From Saprolegnia diclina VS20 (taxonomy: Eukaryota), in contig NW_008246085.1 of the NCBI RefSeq assembly GCF_000281045.1, forward strand, positions 569,225 through 601,164: a stretch of DNA of 31,940 bases, written 5' to 3'. A program made the translations under genes and the position numbers. The notes beneath the pieces are model-generated. The model was not told where the DNA came from. It searched no databases and saw nothing but the letters and a program-made list of their open reading frames with translations. This document shows, one piece after another, positions 19,295 through 29,426 of the stretch. Each line of letters begins with the position of its first letter. Positions within the stretch are counted from its first letter, which is position 1.

Positions 19295-20455
19295 TTATAC
19301 CGCGCCGTAGCGACCCATGGAGTTCGCACGGCGCAGCTTGCCGTACGCAGGGTGGCGCAGCGGCGAGTGCAGAGTGTTGACTTCAAAGAGGCTGAGGACG
19401 CCGGACGCAAAAAGGGCCCACGCGCCGGCTTGGAACGCCCGCATCGAGGTTGCATCCGCGACAAAGAGGTTGAGCGGGTCAATGAATTGCGTAAACGAGC
19501 ACGTGAATAGGAGCAGAATGCCAAGCCAGCCGAGCCCTACGAGAAGTACTAAGCTTATGGTCAGCGACGACGATGCTACCGGTGACCCAAAAGTCGAGGA
19601 GTCCGAGTCGAATGACAAACCAGCGGTGAATGACCTCGACGTGCATGAGGTAAGCACTCATAAAGAGGCTAAAGTAGCCGACGAGACTCGGGACCCAGAA
19701 CCCCCAAAAGATGCGGGGGTTCCCGCGCGTGAGGTTCACGACGCCAAACACGTTGAGTTCGTGCCGGCAGACAAAGCCGCGCGCTTGCAGAAGAAAGGCC
19801 CAGCCCAGAATGCCGAGCACGGCGCTCCAATAGTCGATGCGATACGGGTAGTACCCAAACCACTTCTTCTTGCGGCGCGACGGGAGGCCGTGGATATAGT
19901 CGTAGAGCCAAAGCTAAGAACGTATGTGAGTACATGTGTCCTCGCAGATGATTGCTGGTGTACGTCGAGGTCGTGGCAGCAGTTGATGACCTCGAGGAAC
20001 GTAAGAAGGTACGACGCAAAGAAGCTCGCCGCGCCCAACAAGAGTGGCAAATCGATCGTCTCGCGGACGAGCGAGAGCGGAAAGTCCGGCTGCGTCAAGT
20101 TCGAGTTGGTTTGAGTCGTCGCATGCGGATGGTACGCCGCCTCGTTGGCGCTTGCGTACAAGAAAAGCGCCGCACCCAGCACCGAGAGGAGCGCCGACCA
20201 GAAGCTCCACGAGTGAAGCAGCCAGTGGCGCGGCGCAGTCGGGTCCAGCGCCATGTGCAGCGTGCGAAACGTCTTGCGATGGACGCGCGAGCTCCAGAGG
20301 AGGCGCGTGTCGTCGCCGACCGAGTAAAAGTCGATGAGCGTCGGCGAGAAGCACTCGACGCCGTAGAAGATTGGCTTGGCCCGCTCGTGGCGGGGCACGA
20401 GCAGCAGCTGCGACGGCGACTTGGTCAGCCGGGTGCGCTCGGCCTCGGTCATCAT
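19295..20455 (-). CDS. Polytopic integral membrane protein of unknown function (355 aa; introns 19914-19963 and 19537-19579)
   Basis: Spliced frame is continuous, with about 6 hydrophobic helices in repeated pairs (SFWSALLSVLGAALFL; DYWSAVLGILGWAFLL; DFWVTGLGWLGILLLF). Confidence 0.7.
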
Positions 20456-20990
20456 CGTGGTCACTGTCCGGAAAACGGCAATACAATAAGACAGACAATA
20501 AGATACGCAATGGTATCCGGACGACCCACCACTTCAACATCGCCAGGCTCCACTCATACACGATACACCACAAGGCCGCTCGTAGCTGTCGCTGTCACCC
20601 TCGTTGTTGCTTTTGCTATGGCCCTTCGATCATGGCCCGCTCGCGTCGCGGGCTGGCGACGACGACGACGTAGACAACTAGCGATTTAGCAACTGCTGGT
20701 ACATGCATGTGTGCTGTGAGGAAGAACACGGCCCTCATAGTACCGTAGCCCTCTCACGACTGTAGTTACGAGATCCTTTGCTTCTCGCTTGGTTCGGCCA
20801 GCTTCTTTGCTTGTACTGTACGCCAGGATATTCGAACCTTCCGCAGCCAAACGACACGCCAAAAGATCGCAATCCACCTCAAAGTGATTGGTCAAAATGA
20901 TGCCAATAGTGTGCAGCGATTGGCTCGTGGTTTTTCGAACCCGCGAACGCGCCAATGGCATCGCGCGGCGTCGCTGCAGCGCTGTGGCGA

Positions 20991-21006
20991 GGCCATTTCC
21001 GGTTTC
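20991..21006 (+). promoter_or_regulatory. Oomycete-type initiator/FPR core-promoter motif
   Basis: ggccatttccggtttc fits YCATTYBNNNWTTY, 17 nt upstream of ATG 21024. This supports 21024 rather than 20955 as the start. Confidence 0.4.
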
Positions 21007-21023
21007 GCCGCGTCTGCCGCAGG

Positions 21024-22301
21024 ATGTCGCTGTTCCGCCACGTCCTCTCGCGCCGCGTCCGCCATGCGTCGACCAAGGCGACGTCCTGCGTCGTCAACTC
21101 GCACAACGAATGGGACCCGCTGGAAGAAATCATTGTCGGCAAGATCGAGGGCTCGACAATCCCCGAATGGCACGTCGCGGGCAAGGCCGTGTGGCCGTCG
21201 CGCTACTGGGATATGTACAAGAACAAGGCTGGACAGCCCTTCCCACGTGAGCTCATGGAGGCTGCGGCGAAGGAGCTTGACTACCTCGCGCACGTTCTGG
21301 AAGGCGAGGGTGTTGTCGTGCGCCGCCCCGAGTTCAACCCAGAAGACTTTAGCAAGCCGTTTGAGACGCCCGACTTCAAGAGCAAGAGCGGTCTCTACGC
21401 TGCGATGCCTCGCGACATCTTGATTGTTGTCGGCAACGAAATCATCGAAGCGCCAATGGCGTGGCGGTCCCGGTACTTTGAGTTCCGCCCGTTCCGGAGC
21501 CTGGTCAAGGAGTACTTTCGCGTACGACATCATCTCCTTTACATGCGTTCGAATGCTTTACGCTATGCGCATAGAACGGTGCCAAGTGGACGGCCGCGCC
21601 CAAGCCGCAGATGAGCGACGAGCTCTACAACGAAGACTGGCAGCCCAACTCGGGTGAATTCAACGTACGTTCTGCCACCTACACCGACACATCTCATGTG
21701 ACTCTAGTCGGTCGTCACGGAGTTTGAGCCGACCTTCGATGCGGCCGAGTTTACGCGCATGGGCAAAGACCTCTTCACGCAGCGGAGCCAAGTCACGAAT
21801 GAGTTTGGCATCGAGTGGATGCGCCGGCACCTCGGCGACGAGTACAAGATCCACGTCCTCGACTTCAAGGACCGCAACGCCATGCACATTGACGGTACGT
21901 TCGTGCCGCTCGGGCCCGGAAAGCTCCTCGCCAACCCGTACCGGCCGTGCGTGACCGGTCGGCCCGTCAAGACATATGCGTACAAGGACAAAGAGTACGA
22001 GTACCGCCTGCCCGAGATGTTCAAGGGCTGGGAAGTGTTTGTCGCGCCGACGCCGGAGCTCTCGCCCGAGCACCCGCTCTTCTTTACGAGTCCGTGGACG
22101 GCGACGTGCAACGTGCTGGTCGTGCGTCCCGGCGTCGTCGTCGTCGAGGCGCACGAGACGAAGGCGCGTCAGCTCTTCAAAGAGTGGGGCTTTGAAGTCA
22201 TCCCGGTTCCCTTCCGCAACTTCATGCCCTTTGGCGGCTCCTTCCACTGCGCGACGTGCGACATTCGCCGCACGGGCTCGCTGCAGTCGTATTTTGACTG
22301 A
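21024..22301 (+). CDS. GATM: L-arginine amidinotransferase (glycine amidinotransferase-like), probably mitochondrial (393 aa; introns 21522-21574 and 21665-21707)
   Basis: Motifs VNSHNEWDPLEEIIVG, YAAMPRDIL, IIEAPMAWRSRYFE, TEFEPTFDAAEF, MHIDGTF and GGSFHCATCD (Asp/His/Cys triad present). Arg-rich, acid-free N-terminus MSLFRHVLSRRVRHAS. Confidence 0.93.
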
Positions 22302-22335
22302 CACCATGGCAATAAGAACCGAGTTGAATCTTGTG

Positions 22336-23361
22336 TTAAGCTGCTTTGACTTTGACGCGTTCGTCGCGGCGCAGCACGTCCGTGTACAGAAGGACACCAA
22401 GGAAGACGACGAGCGTGCCCGCCCACTGCGAGAGGTAAAAGCTATGGGCAAAGTACAGGACGCTAAAGACGAGGTTGCACGCCTTTCGAAAGGTCAAAAT
22501 CACTTGCAGCGACACGGGCGACACGCGCGACGCGAGGTGGTAGACGGCGCGAATGCACGCGTAGTTGGCCACGAGGTTGACGCTGAGCAGCGCAAGCAAA
22601 TGCGGCACGGCAATGGGCCCCAGCGCCCATGACGCCCAGAGATCACCGTGGCTCCAGTCGGCGAGACGCGTGGCGACCGTCGACCGCTCTGAGAGCAGCA
22701 TGAGCGGCAGCGAGAACACGTGCATGTAGAACATGCTTTCGCGCGCCACGTCGCCGCTCGACGAGCTCGTGTACGCTCGTAAGGCTGCGTTTTGGCAGTG
22801 GCCCAAGAACGAGCCAAGCACCAAGGCGGTGACGAGGAGGCTGACGCCGACGCGCCAGTGCCCGAGGAGCGCGACAATGGCTTGCAGTTGCGGGTAGCCG
22901 CAGAGCATACTTTGGCTGTCGCTGCAAAAGGTCACGCGACCAAAGAGCGGCTTGTCCATCCACGTTGTGAGGAGGATGCCCACCGAGATGAGCACGACGC
23001 CGCCGACCTGGTGCACCATGTAGCGTTTGCGGAAGCACGCGGCGCCGACAAGAAGCGACGCGACTGGCGTCGATGACCGAAAGAGGTTGAGCAGCGGGAA
23101 CGAGACGCCGCACGTGAGCGCGACCGAGTTCATTTGGCTCACGCCAAAGTAGAGACATGCGAGGCCAAGATGGACGTGCAGCGGCAGCACGCGGCGCGAG
23201 GTCGGGATGCTTGTGATCGCGACGCTGACAAACTGAAAGACAGAGATAAAGGTCCCCGCCGTAGAGTCGATGGCAAGCATGCTCTCGAGCGATGCGCCTT
23301 GGACCCAGCACGCAGCCAGGACGACCGCGACGAGCGAGACCACGGTGCCACGTTGCGCCAT
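22336..23361 (-). CDS. UAA-family nucleotide-sugar transporter (SLC35B4/YEA4-like)
   Basis: Multi-TM 341-aa ORF with FISVFQF, NLFRSSTPVASLLVG..FRKRY and VILTFRKACNLVFSVLYF, plus a C-terminal KVKAA. Confidence 0.85.
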   Translation of the reverse strand: MAQRGTVVSLVAVVLAACWVQGASLESMLAIDSTAGTFISVFQFVSVAITSIPTSRRVLPLHVHLGLACLYFGVSQMNSVALTCGVSFPLLNLFRSSTPVASLLVGAACFRKRYMVHQVGGVVLISVGILLTTWMDKPLFGRVTFCSDSQSMLCGYPQLQAIVALLGHWRVGVSLLVTALVLGSFLGHCQNAALRAYTSSSSGDVARESMFYMHVFSLPLMLLSERSTVATRLADWSHGDLWASWALGPIAVPHLLALLSVNLVANYACIRAVYHLASRVSPVSLQVILTFRKACNLVFSVLYFAHSFYLSQWAGTLVVFLGVLLYTDVLRRDERVKVKAA

Positions 23362-23764
23362 CGAGATTCGATGTGATTGTCCACACTATTTCATATACTG
23401 CACGCGTGATTTGGTGTGGAAAAACCGCTGAAATGGTGTCGTAGCTACTTGCAATGATCGCCAGAGACGGTCGCCACATATTCGAAGTAGCCACAAGCTT
23501 GGCGGAGGGCGATACGTGGACCGGTGATCGCAGGAGGGTGTCGCTGCGGAGGAGGAGGAGAGGCTGCGGCTGCAGCCCAACGGCGCGAGGAAGAGAAGGT
23601 CGCGATCAGTACCATGATTCTCTTGGTGTAATACTTAGGTCGTGCTAATATTCAGTGGTTGTATGGTACACAGCAACATCGGGGCACATGCTCGCATATT
23701 GGATTAACGTCGCGAGAAAGGCCGGCTGGGTCGCGACAGAGGCGCCAAGGAGGGGCGACGCAGC

Positions 23765-24947
23765 TCACGCGGCTTCGTTCGTGATCGTTGGGCTCGAGAG
23801 ACGCACATTGAGGACAGCGGACGACGGCGACGACGACGCATGGCTTGTGCGCTGGCGCTTGGGCTCGCTGCTACACAAGATAGGCTCGCTAAGAAATCAA
23901 GGTTGCAATAGGATCTGAGGTGTGTACCTTGGCGCGTCAGTGTCCCGCTTGCGCGAGGCGACCGTGTCGGGCGTCGACACGTCGGACGAGTCGTCGCTCG
24001 TCGAGTCGGCGGCCGCGTCCGTAGTTGCTTTTCTTTTCTCGTCTGGCTTGCGCTTGGAAAACACAAACTTGCGGAGGACGTCCATGCCGTCCTCGCCCGT
24101 CGTGGGCTCGGTGCGGCGTTTGCCGCTGCCGGGCCCCTTGAGGACCGAGCTCGGGAGCGAGCTCACGACCTCCGCGACCTCCCAGATCGCATCTTCCTCA
24201 GGCATATTGCGCAAAAGCTTGGCAAAGTACCCGTACGCGTGCGTCCGGACCTAGTCAGATAAGTCACGACGTGTGTCGCAGCTGGGGACAGCACTTTACC
24301 TGGACCGCCGTCTTGGTCTTGACGTGCGTTTGGATCTTCTTCCACTTGCGCCCGTACATGTTGAGGCCTTCCATGAACCGCGCATGCTCTTCTTGCGTCC
24401 AGCGCTCGCGTTTCTTGGCGTCCTTGCCATCCTGAACGTCGGACGACTCGGGCGAGTAGACGGGCGCCGGCTTGTTGTGCTGGAGACTCGCGTGATGGGC
24501 GTACTCGTCCGCTTCGTACGACGGTCGCTGCTGCACGGGGTACTCGTGGCGCGGCATGAAGCTGCTTTCATTGGGCATTCCGCGCTCGTACTCGGTCGGG
24601 TACGCGTAGTACGACGGGTGCGCGTACTGGCGCGGCGGCGGCGCAAACATTTGCTGGCGCGGCACGCTGCTCTCGTAGTACGGCTCGTTCATCTGCGCGT
24701 ACGCTGGCGCGCGACCGTACACTTCGCGGCGCGGCTCGGGGTAGTAAACCGGCGGCGCGCGCTGCGGGTGGCGCGGGTATCCCTGCATGGGCTTGGCGCG
24801 GTAGGCATGGTCGCTGCTGCTGGGCGACGGCGGGTACGTCGCATGGTGGTGCGGTGACCGCGTCATGAGCTGGCTCATGCTCGGCAGCGATGGCAGCGAC
24901 GGCGCGTCCCCGAACGCGCTTGGGGGTCGGAGGTACTCTTTCTTCAT
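23765..24947 (-). CDS. Single-repeat Myb (SHAQKYF-class) transcription factor (about 358 aa; introns 24251-24299 and 23871-23927)
   Basis: [46 protein letters not shown], preceded by a Pro/Tyr-rich N-terminal region. The last intron is less certain; the alternative stop is at 23897. Confidence 0.85.
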
Positions 24948-25936
24948 CGCGCCGATGATTTGAGGAATGGCAATCTCGGATGGTTCTTGTAACGCGTATC
25001 CGGCACGTCCCACACTGCCACTTTGTATACGGCGTCCGGATGCGATCCGAATAAAACGACTCGGTCCTCCGCCACACATTCCAGTGTAATTTAATTGCGC
25101 ACCACGTGGGACCTTTGGTGCCGACCTACAATTTCGAAGCGAATAAAATGTATATAGCATTACACATGTCCCACGACACGCGATACAAAACCCGTTCTTC
25201 GCTTCAGAGACATACACTGTATCGTCTCGCCACCTGGTCACGTGCTTCAGGGACGTCGAACACAAGCGGCTCCAACGCAGTCGCGTCTCCATCGCGCCAC
25301 GGTGGGCGCCAAAATTTCCGCCCTCGGCCACGTCGCCTTGTGTGCAACTGTGTGGGGCCGATTACTGGGCACCCTCACAGTGAACAGGCGTTTCTCCAGT
25401 GCAAGATGGGAATGTGGAGTTGGGTGTGGCGCTTCTACGCCCCGCCGCCGGTCGCCCATGCGCGGTGCGCCCCCGTGTCACTACTGTCTCGCGTGACATC
25501 GGCAGCACCACCGCAACGTGCCGATCCTCCTTGAGCTCTGAAGACGAGTCGTCGTCGCGTGCGAGCTACTGCGCATTGGAATGTTGGTGCTTCTTGAACA
25601 AAAGTGCGACGCCACACAAGATTACCCAAAGGTCGGCCATCTCTGCGATATGCCAAACGACATGCACGTGATGGGCTGTTTGCACTTTGCCGTACCAATA
25701 TAGTGTGCGGTGGCCATCGCGTTCTTCTCTGGAGGTCAGTTGCATCCGGACTTGCGCGCTGCCGCCATCACCTTGGAGCTTCAAAACTGTATACCGCTTC
25801 TTCGTCCACAGCCTTGCTACTCCGCAGACGTGTGCATAAACTAGGGGCCGTGCGCCAAAGCGCTCTGATTGGCCAGATTGCCGTGCCGGATTGAAGCCAC
25901 TGAGCCGAAACGGGTGTAACTGGCCCGTCCGCCGAC

Positions 25937-28900
25937 ATGCTCGACGAGCTCGCGGAGGAGACGACGTCGCCCGATGCCCACGTGTTCGCGGCCTATGAGA
26001 TTACGAACGCGCAGCTCCCGCCTTCTCTTCGTGGCGGTGCCACCCACGTCGTCGCCGACGCCCTGCGCGTCGCGGCGTCCATCGACGTCAGGTATTGCAT
26101 TCGCCGATCAGAAATCCAGAATCACTGGCTACTTGCAATGCTAGTCGGCGCATCTCGACCGAGACGCATGTGCTCGCGAACCGCGCGATCCGCCACCTGA
26201 GCGACGGTGACCAGAGCGTGACGCTCTTGGCGGCGTACGTTGCGCACAACGAGGCCCGGCGCGTGGTGCAGGCCGGTCTGCAAGCACGGGCCTCCGACAT
26301 TCAGCGCAAATGGCTGCACGTCAAGTTCCGGGCCATCGACCATCCAGCCCGCTTTGAGCCGCCGGAAATTTATCCGTACCTCGACCTTGACGACGCGTCG
26401 GCGCCCGAGGTGGACGACGACCTATTGACGCTCCAAGTACGCATCCCGTGACGGACTGTAGCATAGCAAATGTAGATTGCGCAGTACAAAGCTGTGCTGG
26501 ACAAACGCGTGGCAGAGTCGAGAGAGGCCCGCCGCCAAGAAGCTCTCGCCGCCGCCCAGCAGCAAAAGGTCACGGCGCTGCGCCGACGCCGCGAGGTGCG
26601 ACGAGACTACGACGCGAGTCGCACACGTCAAAGTAGGTGCACGCCGAGCGTCATCGCCTCGAAAACATTCAACACCGGTGGGAGTACCTCGTGAGTTTGG
26701 CGCTGCGGCGCGACCACGCGAGCCGACTGCGGCGTGCCAAGAGCGCGGCTACCGATGAAGCGGACGACGACGACGTCGATCGGCCGCCCACGTACCTCGC
26801 GGCCAAGCTCTTTGTCGAGCGCACACTGCACGTTGCAACGCTCCATGCCATGTGGGCCGTGGAAATGCAGTCGCTCGCGGCATCGACGCCCGACCTCGTG
26901 GCCAGCGACGGCGGGCCCGTGCTCCGCCTCTGCATGCTCCTCTGTCCCAACCCGTTTGGCGCGCAATTCAGCGCGCTGTACCAGCGGTACTTTGCGCGCG
27001 AGGGCGCGACGATTGGCGTCCATTTCGAGTGGCGGGTCTTTGACGTGGGGCAGCTCGAGTTTCCAACCGTCGCGCTCGACGAGTGGGCCCACGGCTACTT
27101 GGTCTGCGGCGGTCCTGGGCACGACGACGACTCGTTGCCGCTCTGGCACCGATCGGTCGTTGGCTTCCTTGCGCACCTCGTGAGCCGCCATCGGCGCGTC
27201 GGGGCGCTCGGGCGCGGCCATAGCATCCTCGCCAAAGCGCTCGGCGGCGACGTCGCCCGCGTTTCCCCGTCTCGACTCGACTGGAATGTGCTGGAAGAAA
27301 AGGTATTGTCGCAGCAGTCGGTCAAAACCGTGGTGTACGCCATTCCTGCGCTCCACGGCGACCTTGTGACGTGTGTGCCCAGCGCCAAAGTCGCCACGAG
27401 CACGCCCGGACCGGCGTATGTGACCAAATTCAAGACCAAAACCGCGCTCTCGTTCGACGGACACCCCGAGTGCGGCACGTTCATACTGCATATGCTCGCC
27501 CGGTACCTCCACGCGCCTGCGACGGACGCGGTCCCCGAATGCGCGTGGCCCCGCGGCGATGCGCTCGTTGCGCGCAAGCTCGTACAGCACTACCTCGCTG
27601 CGCAAAAAGCCGTCGATGGACCCGAGACCGTCCTCTCGCGGCGGCTGCCTCTGCGACGCATGCGGATCTTTGCGCACAAATCGTGCGACCCGATGCTCGA
27701 GTTCTTATCCGACACGAACGAGTACCTCGCGTTTGCGTTCAGCGAGAACGTCGATGTCGTCGTGCTGCCGATCTGCCTCTCGGCCGACAAGCACCCGATC
27801 GTCTTTGGCTCGACGCATCTCGAGGCGTTGACCGACTTGGCGGCCATCTTTCCGTCCTACGTGCGCGCGCATCCACCGCGCGTCGCGGTCAGTGATCTCT
27901 CGCTCGCCGAGCTCAAGGCGCTCACGATCCTCCATGCTTTTCCCAACGCGAGTGGGCTCAAGTCGCCGCGCGGTCGGGGCGGGTACGCGGGCGCTAGCGA
28001 GAGCAACCGTCTCCAGACGCTTACCACGGTACTCCAGTTCCTCGCGCGCCTCCACACTGCGCAGCGAACGTCGCCGCTCGAGATTGCGTTTACGTTTCCC
28101 GAAGAAAACGAATCCACGTTCAGCGCCCACGACCGCGACCATATCGACGAGCTCTACACGATCCTCCGTGGCGCGCTGCGGGTGCTGCACGCCGATATGG
28201 ACGATGCAATCCACGTTGTCTCGCGCGACATGCCCTTTTTGTCCACGTTGCACAAGCTGCACCCGCGCTGGCGGACGGTGCTCGTCGTGCCGCGCTCGAT
28301 CGCGACGCCGCTTCGCATGACGTTGCAGCACGACGCGTTGGCCATTGCGCACTTTGCCGACGCGATTTTGATTCCCAAGTCCCATCCTGTGCTCTTGCCC
28401 GATGAGAATAACGACTCGATCGCGCAAATCTACCACCGCGCGGGTGTTCACGTGTACGTGGACCTGAACGACCCGTACCCGACGTCGCTCTCGCTCGTGA
28501 AGGAGCACATCAAGTGTCAATGCCTCCGCGTCGACGGCGTCTTTGTCTCGAACCCACACACCGCGCTCGATGGGTTTCGGCTCTTTGCCAGTGGCCATAG
28601 CTACGTGGACGAGGTCTACGAGGACATACGCCAGAGCTTTGGCCTCGTCGCTGCCATGGCCGAGCACGAGAAGCTCCAGCGGCAGATAGAGCCCCAAAAC
28701 ATCACGTACGCGCACCACGCGTACCAGTTTCCAGGCAACGAGAGCGCGAGTTGGTCCCAGCGTCTACGACACCTTTCGCCTGTCATGGACCACGTGCTGC
28801 GCCTTATTGCGGTGGATGGTGACGTCGAGATGGAGCGACAAGTGCGCGGCAACTACTACAGTGCGCCCAAGAGAGCTCTTCCCGCGCGACCGGTGACGGG

Positions 28901-29153
28901 TCGGCCTCTGCCGTTGGCCGTCACCGCACCCGTCTTGGGCACGTCGCAGCAAGGCCGCCGGTGTCGCACACGCGTGCCCGGAAAGCGCCATACAATTGGG
29001 TCGCTGGCCGCACCTTGTAGTCCTGTTGTCGACCGGTCCGAGGATATTCGCAGTCCCGAGCGCGTCATGTCGGTCAACCAGCGCCGATCCGTCGCGCCAC
29101 CGAGCAAGTCCCCACTCGTAACTGCCCGACGCCTTCGACCTCCCAATCGATAG
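25937..29153 (+). CDS. About 1027-aa protein: N-terminal helical region + class I glutamine amidotransferase-like domain + glycerophosphodiester phosphodiesterase-like domain (both degenerate)
   Basis: Introns 26092-26144, 26437-26475 and 26596-26636 join the upstream ORFs to 26637-29153. GATase-like segment GYLVCGGP...VGALGRGHSILAKALGGDV...HGDLV...SFDGHPE; GDPD-like segment RIFAHKS...LSADKHPIV...VSDLSLAELKAL...VDGVFVSNP. Confidence 0.72.
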
Positions 29154-29426
29154 ACGCTTCCTTTGACCAGCAGCTCTCTCGTCCGCTGAATCCAACGAAA
29201 CAACTTGCAAAGGCACGCACCGCGGGACGGCACGAGCTTGGTCCAGCGACGCGGCGCTGGGTCCTTGATCTCCCACTTGTAAAGGGGCCGCTGTTTGGCA
29301 GGCTTTGCCGGCTATGAGAAAGTTGCAAGTTCCTTTCGTAGTTTCTTCTATTGCCATGACAACTATTCACAACTATCTCACCAACTAAACGACTAACTAC
29401 TGACTACTAGTACCTATCTATCGTCT

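Noticed and set aside
24948..25936. Several short ORFs, and the 25331 extension of the Myb ORF
   Set aside because: No coding bias or motifs; consistent with a divergent promoter region.
29370..29426. ACTA/CTA-rich low-complexity tract as a possible element terminus or telomere-like repeat
   Set aside because: No regular period, inverted repeat or target-site duplication found; probably 3' UTR.
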